Shown: positions 30,704 through 40,379 of the stretch, piece after piece | How positions within the stretch are numbered: position 1 is the first letter of the stretch | Layout: each line of letters begins with the position of its first letter | Origin: an uncultured Methanoregulaceae archaeon | Lineage (GTDB): Archaea; Halobacteriota; Methanomicrobia; Methanomicrobiales; Methanospirillaceae | Assembly: GCA_963701095.1 (NCBI GenBank) | Contig: OY969564.1 | Location: 704,001-768,000 of the forward strand | Length of the DNA stretch: 64,000 bases | Direction: 5' to 3' | Notes under the pieces: model-generated | The model's input: the letters and a program-made list of their open reading frames with translations, nothing else | Told to the model about the DNA's origin: nothing | Database searches by the model: none | Program-made: the position numbers and the translations under genes

Positions 30704-31210
30704 CTAGGAAAGTTTTGCAAGCGCTTCGTGAATAAATGCCGGGATATCTGCCGGTTTCCTGCTTGATACAAGATTTCCGTCAACAACCACCTCTTTATCG
30801 ACGTATTCGGCCCCAGCATTTTTTATATCTTGTACAAGCGACATCCATGCGGCAACCCGCCGGCCCTTCAGGACATCAGCGGTGATGAGTAACTGTGCGG
30901 CGTGGCAGATAGCAAATACCGGTTTCTCTTTGGTAAAGAAATCCCGGACAAAACGGACTGCATCAGGATCGATCCGCAGCTTGTCGGGAGAGTAACCACC
31001 GGGTATAAAAAGTGCATCAAAATCCTCGGCCGTGACTGCACGGACTGCTTTATCGATATGAATCGGGGTCCCGTATTCCCCTTTCACCATTGATCCCGCA
31101 ACGAGACCCACGTGAACGATAGTGTGACCGGCTTTCCGGAACGCAACCACCGGCAGCTGGTACTCCACATCCTGGAACATATCCGTAAGAATCACGGCAA
31201 TCGTTTTCAT
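30704..31210 (-). CDS. pfpI: PfpI/DJ-1 family protein (type 1 glutamine amidotransferase-like protease/deglycase)
   Basis: FQDVEY, DALFIPGG, AICHA, VVVDGNLVSSR. Confidence 0.9.
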   Translation of the reverse strand: MKTIAVILTDMFQDVEYQLPVVAFRKAGHTIVHVGLVAGSMVKGEYGTPIHIDKAVRAVTAEDFDALFIPGGYSPDKLRIDPDAVRFVRDFFTKEKPVFAICHAAQLLITADVLKGRRVAAWMSLVQDIKNAGAEYVDKEVVVDGNLVSSRKPADIPAFIHEALAKLS

Positions 31211-31409
31211 GGTCTTTCCCACCCGTACCGGCCCGGCATACTACCGGATTACGGAACGATTACCCGTTGTGCACAGATAAAGACATTCATCGTACGTAGA
31301 TTTCATCGTATTTTGTCAGGGTCAATGGGTTTTTTACCTATGAGGTTTAGTATCATCCATCGGATCCGGCCTTTTTCCCCATACTACAAGGCCGGGACTA
31401 GGATGAACC

Positions 31410-31817
31410 ATGGCTGAATCGCTCATGATTGAACAGGATATCATAGAAGACCTGCTGACCCGGCTCTCAGACAAAGGTATGAAAGGAAAAGAGGCTGCCA
31501 TTGAAGCCTTGGCAATAAGCACTGAAGACGATGGCTGGAGGCCGGAGGAGCTCATCCGGCAGGGCGGAATAAAGATCGTCAGGAACATGTTACAGGCAAA
31601 AAACAAGCACATTGTCTATTCAGCTCTGAAAATTATTGTCGCTGTTGCGTCTACGGGTGAAACCGAAGCACTTATTGAAGAAGGTGTTATCGCCTGTCTG
31701 GATGCTATGGCGGATGACAAAAACCCCGCAATCCGGGAAAAAGCCAGGGAAGCTCTTGCTCTCCTCCAGCCCGATGTAGGTTATGCTGTTATGTCAAAAC
31801 CCCAGGACGAATATTAA
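31410..31817 (+). CDS. HEAT/armadillo-like repeat hypothetical protein
   Basis: Helical repeats ELIRQGGI.., LIEEGVIACL..DDKNPAIREKAREAL. Confidence 0.7.
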   Translation: MAESLMIEQDIIEDLLTRLSDKGMKGKEAAIEALAISTEDDGWRPEELIRQGGIKIVRNMLQAKNKHIVYSALKIIVAVASTGETEALIEEGVIACLDAMADDKNPAIREKAREALALLQPDVGYAVMSKPQDEY

Positions 31818-32012
31818 GGCAATTTTTGGATCTGGAGAAAATCCGAAGTAAAATCGTAACCAAAAGATCTAAGGTTTATTGTCGGAAAACCAGCGAAATA
31901 AGAAGAGACCATACGACCACAGATAAAAATCACTGCGTCCCTGGCGCGTTCCATATACAGTGAGTGGTGATTTCAGGGATAGATCAAAATAATTTTTCCC
32001 CGGAAATTGGGA

Positions 32013-33395
32013 TTATGGAACACTATCATGTTTCGTTCTCAAGTATCGTGAAAATGCCTTTTTTACAATCTCGGAAAATGTCGGGTAGGGATATATTGTC
32101 CCGGCAATCTGTTTCACAGAGATATGGTCCTGCATCGCCATGGTCAGGTTTTGGATGTATTCTCCTGAACCGGTCCCGATTGCATGTGCACCGACAATGC
32201 GATCATCACCGGTAAGAATAATTTTAAGAAAAACCTTGGTCGAATTTTCCGTCCTTAACCGACCAAACACAGTGTCAAGGTGAAGGACATGGACGTCCCC
32301 GAATTTCTGCCGTGCTTCATCTTCCGTGAAACCAACATGGGCAAGCTCCGGCTCGGTAAAAATGACCCAGGGCATAATTCCATCGGAAATGGTCTTCTTC
32401 TCGCTGTTTACGATGTTATTAACTGCAATGCCGGCATAAAACGATGCAGCCTGCGTGAAAAGATATTTTCCGATGACATCGCCGCATGCGTAAATATTGT
32501 CTGCAGTCGTCATCAGTTCATCATTGACGACGATTCCTCCTTTTCCGTATGCAACCCCTGCATGTTCAAGAAGAAGGTCTTCGATATTGGGCTTCCTCCC
32601 GGTGGCTATTACGACAGATTCCAAAACAAGTTCATGTTCCGATCCGTTTCTTGTGTAGCGGGCAATAATTCGTGAATTTTCCCGTTTAAATTTCAGGACG
32701 GTGCTGTTATCAAGGAAGTGTACACCATCAGCCTGGAGAATTTTTTTCATTTCTTCGGCGATCGCGTGATCTTCATTCCGGAGTATTCTGTCTGACCGCA
32801 TCATTATGTAGACTTCAGAGCCTAATCTCCGGAGCGCCTGTCCAAGTTCGATTCCGATCGGACCGGCGCCCAGAATGAGCGTGCTCACCGGGAGGGTTTT
32901 CTGGTCCCAGAAATTTTTATTGGTGAGGTACGGGATGTCTTCTAATCCATCTATGGGGGGAACCACGGCAGAAGAGCCCGTGCAGATGATAAAATATTTA
33001 GAAAACAGTTCATTCCCATTCACGGAAAGGATATTTTTTGATACAAAGTGATTTTTCCCGAAATAGACATCAATGCCCAGTTTCTGGTAGGCTTCTGCGT
33101 TCTCGTACTGAGTAATGGAGCTGATAACACTCCGTACATGGCCCATCACTTTTCCCAGGTCAGGTGTACCGGCGTGGCACACCGGGAGCCCGTACTGTGC
33201 GGCATTCTTCATGGTATAATAGATGTTTGCAGAATGGAGGAAGGTCTTACTCGGGATACATCCTGAATGGAGACATTCTCCACCAATCAGGGCTCGTTCG
33301 ATTAAAGCAGTCCTGGCACCCGACCGGTTTGCGGCTGAGGCTGCAACAAGACCGGCTGAACCTGCGCCGATGACACAGATGTCATATTCTTTCAT
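32013..33395 (-). CDS. Flavoprotein disulfide reductase (dihydrolipoamide dehydrogenase/mercuric reductase-like)
   Basis: GAGSAG, GGECLHSGCIPSK, GAGPIG, IYACGD, YPYPTFSE; no C-terminal CC. Confidence 0.9.
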   Translation of the reverse strand: MKEYDICVIGAGSAGLVAASAANRSGARTALIERALIGGECLHSGCIPSKTFLHSANIYYTMKNAAQYGLPVCHAGTPDLGKVMGHVRSVISSITQYENAEAYQKLGIDVYFGKNHFVSKNILSVNGNELFSKYFIICTGSSAVVPPIDGLEDIPYLTNKNFWDQKTLPVSTLILGAGPIGIELGQALRRLGSEVYIMMRSDRILRNEDHAIAEEMKKILQADGVHFLDNSTVLKFKRENSRIIARYTRNGSEHELVLESVVIATGRKPNIEDLLLEHAGVAYGKGGIVVNDELMTTADNIYACGDVIGKYLFTQAASFYAGIAVNNIVNSEKKTISDGIMPWVIFTEPELAHVGFTEDEARQKFGDVHVLHLDTVFGRLRTENSTKVFLKIILTGDDRIVGAHAIGTGSGEYIQNLTMAMQDHISVKQIAGTIYPYPTFSEIVKKAFSRYLRTKHDSVP

Positions 33396-33665
33396 ACATC
33401 CATACCCGCTGGTATTTTTTCATAGAGGGATTAAGATTAAAATACCTTTAGTACGCACCATGAAAATATTCGCATTCGTTTTTTCCGAGCACAAAGAGTT
33501 AAAATTGCCACTCCAGGACATATTATCTGAAATAAACTTCTACGTCGGTGAGCCTGTGTTGGCGTAATTTTATTTTTTTCTGTGAATGATCGTCGATATT
33601 TTTTCTCAGAAAGGGATGCTCCTTATTTTAATTTTTTAAAGGAAAAAATAGGGGAAAAAGAGAGA

Positions 33666-34457
33666 TCACTTCTGGTTTTGTTTCAGCTCCTCAACGCGAA
33701 TTGACGGATTGCGGTACCGGGCACGTTTTTCTGTTTCTTTACCGGCTTGGATCGCCTTTACCGGGCAGATATGGATACAGCCGCAGCAGAGCTCGCACTG
33801 GTGTTTCCAGACCGGCTTTCCTTCCAGGATCACGATGTTATCGGCGGGACAGATTGCCGCACAGGTCCCGCAGGATGTACAGCGATCACTGACAGTGAAA
33901 TGGCGGTCGGCATCGTGGATATGGGATATATGTTTGATATAGAAATGGTTGTACAGCAACCGCAAAAAAAATGAACGGGGAATCTTCTCCTGTTCACTGC
34001 GGGATATTTTTCCGGTAATATCTGAAATTTTTTTATCGGCGGTGATGAAAATGCCTTTTTGTTTTTCTTCCGATGGAGGACTGTACATCAGGACATAGTT
34101 GCCTGGCATCTTTACCCCGAATCCTGCATCCAGTCCGCGATGGGAGTGTTCTTTGAGAATATCATCGAGCTGCTGTAGTGATGTAGATACGCCAAAACCT
34201 CCCAGCGTAACAACCGCAAAAACATATTGCGACTGTGACAGGTTGATACGCCTGGCAAACGATCCCACCATGGCAGGAAGACCAAGGAAATAGACCGGGC
34301 AGATTATACCCACACGTCCTTTGCCAGGATTTATTTCCTCCATATCCTTTACCGATGCAATAGATACAATTCTGCAATCGCCAGCCGCTGCGGCGATCTT
34401 TTTCGCAACAGCGAGGGAATTACCGGTGCCGGTGAAATAATAGATAACCGTCTCCAT
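33666..34457 (-). CDS. EFR1-family ferrodoxin (flavodoxin-like plus 2x[4Fe-4S])
   Basis: YYFTGTGNS, MPGNY, CTSCGTCAAICP, CELCCGCIHICP; ORF open to 34472. Confidence 0.92.
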   Translation of the reverse strand: METVIYYFTGTGNSLAVAKKIAAAAGDCRIVSIASVKDMEEINPGKGRVGIICPVYFLGLPAMVGSFARRINLSQSQYVFAVVTLGGFGVSTSLQQLDDILKEHSHRGLDAGFGVKMPGNYVLMYSPPSEEKQKGIFITADKKISDITGKISRSEQEKIPRSFFLRLLYNHFYIKHISHIHDADRHFTVSDRCTSCGTCAAICPADNIVILEGKPVWKHQCELCCGCIHICPVKAIQAGKETEKRARYRNPSIRVEELKQNQK

Positions 34458-34512
34458 GAGATATGCTCCCATTTTTCATTTTGGAGAATTATCATTGTAA
34501 CCCTACAAAGTC

Positions 34513-34525
34513 GTTGTGGAACAAC
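34513..34525. promoter_or_regulatory. Putative operator palindrome GTTGT-N3-ACAAC
   Basis: GTTGTggaACAAC, 56 bp from the EFR1 ATG (34457). Confidence 0.4.
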
Positions 34526-34531
34526 CGTCCT

Positions 34532-35941
34532 TCAGGTAACACCGGTAATATCTATAAGAAAAGCAACAGAGCGTTTTGTCCCCGGGATGATATCAATCGT
34601 CAGGGCAATATTCCGGATGTCACCGGATCGGGTTCTGAGCCGGAAAGTATAGTGTTTCATGGGTTTTACGTTGGTAAGCCGGCGCAACCGGTGCTGGGCG
34701 AGCATCCAGTCGAGGTCTTCCGGGACTACCATCTCCGTCCATTTCATCTTTCCTTCAATTTCAGCCCTGGAATAGCCGCAGAGTCGTTCGAACTCGGCGT
34801 TCGCAAGAAAGATAGATGTATCGTCCTCGATAAGTACTGTTGGGCTTCCGGTATATTCAAAAATAGTCCGGTATGTTTCCTCCGACACCCGGAGAGCCGC
34901 CTCAGTCTTTTTCAATTCTTCGTACTGCTGCCTGAGTTCTTCCTCTGCAATCGTGATCCGATCTACCGCTGACCTGAGGGCAGTCTCGGACCGTTTCCTG
35001 GGAGTGATATCGCGGAACGTTCCTTCGACACCCTGGAAGGTTCCTTGTGCATCATAGAATTTATGGCTGCTTGTCGAAACCTCCACGAGGCTGCCATCCT
35101 TCTTTTTTAAGGTAACCTCCCGATCGACAATCATGCCGTTCTGGTTTATTTCTGCAAGGAGCTTTTCACGTTCACGAGGATCTTGATAAATGGTACGTGC
35201 AATATCCTTGCCGTAAAGCTCATCAAGTGAATCGTACCCGAAAACCCTGAGGGCGGAAGGGCTTGCCAGGATAAGTTTTCCGGTGGCATCTGCGCGGTAA
35301 TAAACGTCCTGAATATTTTCCAGGATGTCACGATATTTCTTCTCGCTTTCCCGCATGGCCTCGAGGACCTCCTTAGTATCGGTTATATCCTGTATCGATC
35401 CGTGACTCTGGTAAAAAGAGTCACCGTTGGACCTGGTTGCACTGATCCGGACGATGATATATCGTATTTCACTGTCTCTTCTCACCAGCCGGTGTTCCCG
35501 GTACAGAGCCGTAAAGGGTTTTGATCCTTTTGCAATTTCTTCCTCGATACTGGAAAACACGGTCTGGTCATCCGGATGAATAAAAGTGCAGACATATACA
35601 TCGGCCGGCATCAGGTAACCCCCTTCCCGTTCCGCGGTTGTCCCAAGAAGTCTGGTAGAGCCGGTCGTTGAAGGTGAAAAGTCCTGTTTTTTGGTCATAC
35701 TCCCAGTATGCCATACGGGCAAGATCCATTGCTTCATGGAGCAGGAACTGGCTTTTCCTGAGTTCTTCCTCCCGGTGTATACGATCGGTGATGTCCCTTC
35801 CGACTGACTGAAACTCACGGACACGACCGGATGCACCAAAGATTGCCCGATCGCTCCACTGCTGCCACCTGATTTCGCCGCCCGGCGTCGTAATTGCATG
35901 CTCCAGGACCGCTTCAGGATGTTCCGGTGTGAGGCTTGCAA
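34532..35941 (-). CDS. C-terminal PAS domains of a frameshifted REC-PAS(n) protein (34532-36530)
   Basis: Real frame starts ~35650 (RLLGTTAEREGGY); three PAS domains; no kinase domain. Confidence 0.75.
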   Translation of the reverse strand: MQASHRNILKRSWSMQLRRRAAKSGGSSGAIGQSLVHPVVSVSFSQSEGTSPIVYTGRKNSGKASSCSMKQWILPVWHTGSMTKKQDFSPSTTGSTRLLGTTAEREGGYLMPADVYVCTFIHPDDQTVFSSIEEEIAKGSKPFTALYREHRLVRRDSEIRYIIVRISATRSNGDSFYQSHGSIQDITDTKEVLEAMRESEKKYRDILENIQDVYYRADATGKLILASPSALRVFGYDSLDELYGKDIARTIYQDPREREKLLAEINQNGMIVDREVTLKKKDGSLVEVSTSSHKFYDAQGTFQGVEGTFRDITPRKRSETALRSAVDRITIAEEELRQQYEELKKTEAALRVSEETYRTIFEYTGSPTVLIEDDTSIFLANAEFERLCGYSRAEIEGKMKWTEMVVPEDLDWMLAQHRLRRLTNVKPMKHYTFRLRTRSGDIRNIALTIDIIPGTKRSVAFLIDITGVT

Positions 35942-36530
35942 GGTGCTTTCGTATCACACATTCATCTTCATGCGTTGTTACCGGGTGGAACCGGGTCCCG
36001 AGAATTTCCTTTGATGTCTTTTGGAAATAGCGGCAATATGCTTCGTTAACAAAAATATGCGTTCCGTCAGGAAGAAAACGAGTGATCAGTTCAGTCTGGC
36101 TTTCAACGACGGCCTTGTACCGGTCCTCGCTCTCCCGCAACGCCCTTACTGCTTTCCGGCGTTCGATTGCGTTTGTTATCCGGTGGTTGAGGTCGGCAAA
36201 CTGCGCAGTCGGGTCCCCCCCTTTCTGGACATAGGAATCAACGTCATTATTGATGGCTTCGATAACGATTTCTTCCCTGCCCCGGCCTGTAAAGAGAATG
36301 AAGGGGAGTTCCGGGTATGTTGCACGGACGCATTTAAGGAGGGCGATACCATCCATCTCTGGCATCTGGTAGTCTGAGATAATGCAATCGAACGATTTCT
36401 CCGATAATTTTTCGATCGCTTCCTTTGCTGTGAGCGTTGTTTCCACGCAAAGGGACCCGGGTTTTTCAAGAAACAACTTCCCAATTTCAAGGAGGGTTGG
36501 TTCGTCGTCGACGTAAAGCACTGTGAACAT
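35568..36530 (-). CDS. REC-PAS N-terminal part of the same protein
   Basis: VLYVDDE, SDYQMPEMDG, PAS VVESQTELITRFLPDG. Confidence 0.85.
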   Translation of the reverse strand: MFTVLYVDDEPTLLEIGKLFLEKPGSLCVETTLTAKEAIEKLSEKSFDCIISDYQMPEMDGIALLKCVRATYPELPFILFTGRGREEIVIEAINNDVDSYVQKGGDPTAQFADLNHRITNAIERRKAVRALRESEDRYKAVVESQTELITRFLPDGTHIFVNEAYCRYFQKTSKEILGTRFHPVTTHEDECVIRKHLASLTPEHPEAVLEHAITTPGGEIRWQQWSDRAIFGASGRVREFQSVGRDITDRIHREEELRKSQFLLHEAMDLARMAYWEYDQKTGLFTFNDRLYQTSWDNRGTGRGLPDAGRCICLHFYSSG

Positions 36531-36585
36531 GCGGGTGGAGTAAATGAAGTAATTATTATTTGTTCTCAGGGTTTTTAATCAAACG

Positions 36586-36598
36586 GTTGTAACACAAC
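36586..36598. promoter_or_regulatory. Putative operator palindrome GTTGT-N3-ACAAC
   Basis: GTTGTaacACAAC, 56 bp from the REC-PAS ATG (36530). Confidence 0.4.
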
Positions 36599-36681
36599 TT
36601 TCCCACGTCGGGTACTGATGAAGTTTATAGTTTATGTTAACCCGCAAATTTTATCTGCACCGAAATGGAGAACACCCGCGT

Positions 36682-37359
36682 ATGGGTGAGATCCTTGACA
36701 ATCCACGGTTACGGGAAAAGCAGTTTGTCTTTGCTGACCGGCATGATGCAGGGAGACAACTCGGGGCATTGCTCAAAACCGTACCGGGTCTTCTTGACCC
36801 GGTCGTCCTTGCCATTCCCGCTGGGGGCGTTCCGGTCGGCCTGGAGGTCGCACGAGCGTTTTCAGCCAAACTGTCGCTTGCCATAGTAAGGAAGATCCGC
36901 ATTCCCGGCAACACCGAGTCCGGGTTTGGGGCAGTCACCTGGGACGGACAGGTAGTGATCAACGAAGAACTCCTTGCTGCTCTTCGTCTTTCGGCACGGG
37001 AAGTCGAACATGCCGTTGCCGAAACCAGGCAAAATGTCCAGGAACGTATTGGCCGGTTTATGGCAGATAAGCATGTTCCATTTCTCAGAGGAAAGACCGT
37101 GATCCTGACCGACGACGGACTTGCATCAGGCTACACGATGCTTGCCGCGATCCAAAGCATCCGTCAAAAGAACCCGTCCCGGATCATTGGAGCAGTACCG
37201 ACTGCCTCACTGTCAGCCGCACAACGGGTTGCCACTCATGCAGATCTGGTTGTATCCCCCAATATCCGGAGCAGCCGTATGTTTGCCGTCGCCGATGCCT
37301 ACGAAGACTGGTACGATCTTAATGACGATCAAGTTCTCAGGGAGCTTGGCGGGATATGA
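36682..37359 (+). CDS. Phosphoribosyltransferase family protein
   Basis: FADRHDAG, LAIPAGG, VILTDDGLASGYT (PRPP-binding loop). Confidence 0.9.
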   Translation: MGEILDNPRLREKQFVFADRHDAGRQLGALLKTVPGLLDPVVLAIPAGGVPVGLEVARAFSAKLSLAIVRKIRIPGNTESGFGAVTWDGQVVINEELLAALRLSAREVEHAVAETRQNVQERIGRFMADKHVPFLRGKTVILTDDGLASGYTMLAAIQSIRQKNPSRIIGAVPTASLSAAQRVATHADLVVSPNIRSSRMFAVADAYEDWYDLNDDQVLRELGGI

Positions 37360-37398
37360 CAAAAAATCCTATTTGTTCTCTTCAGATGAGGTTCCGGC

Positions 37399-37920
37399 AT
37401 GGACATCCGCTATGAACACATACCGGAAGAATTGATAAGACTTCACCGCTGGGTCGTATGGAAGTACCAGGGGCGGGGCGCCAAACTGACGAAACCGCCG
37501 TATGGCCCGATACCCAAAAAAACACGGTATGCACTGGTCAACATCCCTTCGACATGGGGGAGTTTCGATGATGCAAAAGCCTCTTTACAGGCCGGCGGGT
37601 TTGACGGTATTGGCTTTGTCCTCGGGGACGGGATTTTCGGGATTGATTTCGATCACGCCACGGACGAGATGGTAAAAGAAGCTCTGTCCCTTGGTTCCTA
37701 CACGGAATGGAGCCCGTCCGGTCTGGGGGTTCATGTGATCGGGCGGTCCGGGCTCAATCTGAAAGGCCGGAAAAAGGGCTCGATCGAATTCTATATGCAG
37801 GGACGGTATTTTACGGTCACCGGGATGATCGTTGACAGATCTCAACCGGACGTGCGGGATGTTCCTGATAATCGTATGTTAGACTTCTTCCGGCGGCATT
37901 TTGCAGATGATACGATGTGA
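37399..37920 (+). CDS. Stand-alone primase-polymerase (NrS-1 polymerase-like AEP) domain protein
   Basis: WVVWK..KPPY, STWGSF, GIGFVL..GIDFDH, YTEWSPSGLGVH, IEFYMQGRYFTVTG. Confidence 0.85.
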   Translation: MDIRYEHIPEELIRLHRWVVWKYQGRGAKLTKPPYGPIPKKTRYALVNIPSTWGSFDDAKASLQAGGFDGIGFVLGDGIFGIDFDHATDEMVKEALSLGSYTEWSPSGLGVHVIGRSGLNLKGRKKGSIEFYMQGRYFTVTGMIVDRSQPDVRDVPDNRMLDFFRRHFADDTM

Positions 37921-38001
37921 TCTCCCCATCCCGGGAGTTTAGCTGAGTTCAAGAGATATTTTTTTACGCCGTTGAGGTAATTCCGTCTTTATCAAAAATC
38001 A

Positions 38002-38916
38002 TTAAACCAGGGACATCAGAATCGGGATCGTTGCAAGGCACAGCATCGTGGAGAGAAAGACCCCCTGCGAGGCAAGTGTAGAGTCCACTTTGTATTCCTC
38101 AGAGAGCAGGACCGAGTTTGATGCGACCGGCATCGCAATCAGGAGCACAGCCACACCAAGAAGGAGTTTATCGGCAACAAAGGGTGATAGCGCGATATAG
38201 GCAATAACCGGGAAGATAACAAGCCGGAACGTAGTTATCAGTTTTACCCGCCAGTCACCGGCGAGCTGTGAAACCGGAAGTGTTGCAAGCAGTGCACCGA
38301 CGACAAGCATAGCAAGCGGCGTCGTAGTCGAGCCGACCAGATCGAGACCCGCATTTACCTGAGCAGGGAGCATGAATCCTGCAAGAAAGAGGGAGAGGCC
38401 GAGGACCGATGCCACAAGTCCCGGAGAAAGCATGACTGTTAAATCAAACTTTCCGGGTCGGCCCTGGGCGAGCAGCCAGACTCCCATAGTAAAGACCAGG
38501 AGGTTGAAAGGTAGGTTAAACAGGATCACGTAGAAAAGCGAACCGGTACCAAGGACTGCTGAAGCAACCGGGAGTCCCATGAACATAGTATTGGGAAACA
38601 CCAGCATGAACTGGTATACCCCTTTCTCGGTCGGCGTTGACGGGAGGAAGTGGCAGATGAGGATACTGACCAGAAATGCAACGATGTAGTATCCACCGGC
38701 GACAAGAAGCATATTGTTTACGATACTCATCGTCGCAACAGTTCGGGATACCTGCATGCTACTTATAGTTATTGCCGGTATTGCGATATTGACAAGGATA
38801 CGTGAAATCAGGTGGACGCGGTCGTGGTTGAGAATACCAACTTTCTGTGCGATATACCCTATCCCGATGATCACAAAGAGGGATATGATTGCGAGAAAAA
38901 CAGTAAGGATCTCCAT
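38002..38916 (-). CDS. AEC (auxin efflux carrier) family transporter
   Basis: About 10 TMs, FPNTMFMGLP, TTPLAMLVVG, AMPVA. Confidence 0.9.
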   Translation of the reverse strand: MEILTVFLAIISLFVIIGIGYIAQKVGILNHDRVHLISRILVNIAIPAITISSMQVSRTVATMSIVNNMLLVAGGYYIVAFLVSILICHFLPSTPTEKGVYQFMLVFPNTMFMGLPVASAVLGTGSLFYVILFNLPFNLLVFTMGVWLLAQGRPGKFDLTVMLSPGLVASVLGLSLFLAGFMLPAQVNAGLDLVGSTTTPLAMLVVGALLATLPVSQLAGDWRVKLITTFRLVIFPVIAYIALSPFVADKLLLGVAVLLIAMPVASNSVLLSEEYKVDSTLASQGVFLSTMLCLATIPILMSLV

Positions 38917-39167
38917 AAAAGATGTTCCACATGCGGGGTGAAGCGATTGGATATCATCAATCGCTCCTCTATTTTTGTTTTGTTATCGCGTGTGGCCTCC
39001 TTTGTCGTTAAGGATCAGATCTAAAAAATCCTGAAATGGTGGTACAGGTATTGTTAAACGAAGAGATATAGTTTAAGAACACCTTCCCCGTTGAGATATA
39101 AGGTTCAGACGAAAAAAACCGGAAGTATGCCAATCTTTTTATTCACACCATTGGATCTACAAAAATA

Positions 39168-39851
39168 ATGAACCGGGCAGCATCTCTCTCAATGGCACAG
39201 GACCTCATGAAGGACTTTGCAGCACAGACCGGGCTGAACCCGGCCGGTTCCCGTCTAAAACGCTATCTCTGGACAGACGCATTTGCCGTCTGTAACTATC
39301 TGGGTTTCTTTGAAACAACGGGTAATACTGCTTATCGTGACCTGGCACTGCGTCTCGTTGATCAGGTGCACCATACGCTGGGCAGGTTTCGGGACGACGA
39401 TCCACGGACAGGCTGGATAAGCGGGCTTTCCCCGGCAGAAGGATCCCTGCACCCAACTGCAGGAGGTCTCAGGATTGGAAAGATCCTACCCGAACGAATG
39501 CCCGGCGAACCCATTGACGAACAACAGGAATGGGACCGGGACGGACAGTATTTCCATTACCTGACAAAATGGATGCATGCCCTCAAGTGCACAAGCAGGG
39601 TAACGGGGAACAAGGATTATCTTTTGTGGGCTGTTGAGCTGGCATACACTGCGAACGCCCGGTTTACCTTCTTTCCTCCGGGGAGCCGAAAGAAAAGAAT
39701 GTACTGGAAAATGAGCGTAGACCTTACCCGCCCCCTTGTTTTTTCGATGGGGCAGCACGATCCTCTTGACGGATTTGTTAGCTACAACGAGCTGCAGGTC
39801 AGCTGCGTACAAATACCCCGGAGATATTCCCACAAAAGTCCTTGCCGCTGA
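39168..39851 (+). CDS. Conserved hypothetical protein (RYLWTDAF family), N-terminal part; frameshift ~39797
   Basis: RYLWTDAF, GGLRIGK, DGQYFHYLTKW, WKMSVDL, HDPLDG. Confidence 0.75.
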   Translation: MNRAASLSMAQDLMKDFAAQTGLNPAGSRLKRYLWTDAFAVCNYLGFFETTGNTAYRDLALRLVDQVHHTLGRFRDDDPRTGWISGLSPAEGSLHPTAGGLRIGKILPERMPGEPIDEQQEWDRDGQYFHYLTKWMHALKCTSRVTGNKDYLLWAVELAYTANARFTFFPPGSRKKRMYWKMSVDLTRPLVFSMGQHDPLDGFVSYNELQVSCVQIPRRYSHKSPCR

Positions 39852-40344
39852 GATCGCCGACATAATCGGGATATGCAAGGGTATGAGCATGGCAACCGAT
39901 GATCCGCTCGGTATTGGGGGTTTACTGTGTGATGCTTTACAGGTAGCCTCTGTTGCTGGCCATGGAGGACCGGTATATTCCAGTCTTCTGGAAACCGTCT
40001 TTGATGCAGCACTCAATGGTCTTGAGAAGGTTGCGGGATCCGGCCTTCTGAACGCTCCTGCCCGGTACCGGCTTGCGTTCCGGGAACTCGGCCTTTCAAT
40101 AGGTCTTGCGGCATTCGAAAGACTATCCTTAAAAATCCGTGAAAATCCGGCATTAACCAAAAAGAAAGATTCCCTTGAACCTGCGATACAGGCAATCCTT
40201 GGCTATCTCCCGGTCCGTGAACAGATCGAAGGGTTCTGGCTCGAGGACGCAAACCGGAAGACCGAAACCTGGAAGGATCACCAGGAGATCAACGGAGTGA
40301 TGCTTGCTACAAGCCTTGCACCGGACGGGTTTTTAACCGGTTAA
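39736..40344 (+). CDS. C-terminal part of the same protein
   Basis: TDDPLGIGGL, RLAFRELGLSIG, HQEINGVMLATSL. Confidence 0.7.
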   Translation: MFFRWGSTILLTDLLATTSCRSAAYKYPGDIPTKVLAAEIADIIGICKGMSMATDDPLGIGGLLCDALQVASVAGHGGPVYSSLLETVFDAALNGLEKVAGSGLLNAPARYRLAFRELGLSIGLAAFERLSLKIRENPALTKKKDSLEPAIQAILGYLPVREQIEGFWLEDANRKTETWKDHQEINGVMLATSLAPDGFLTG

Positions 40345-40379
40345 TACTTCTGTAACCTAATCCGGTTTTACCATCACAT

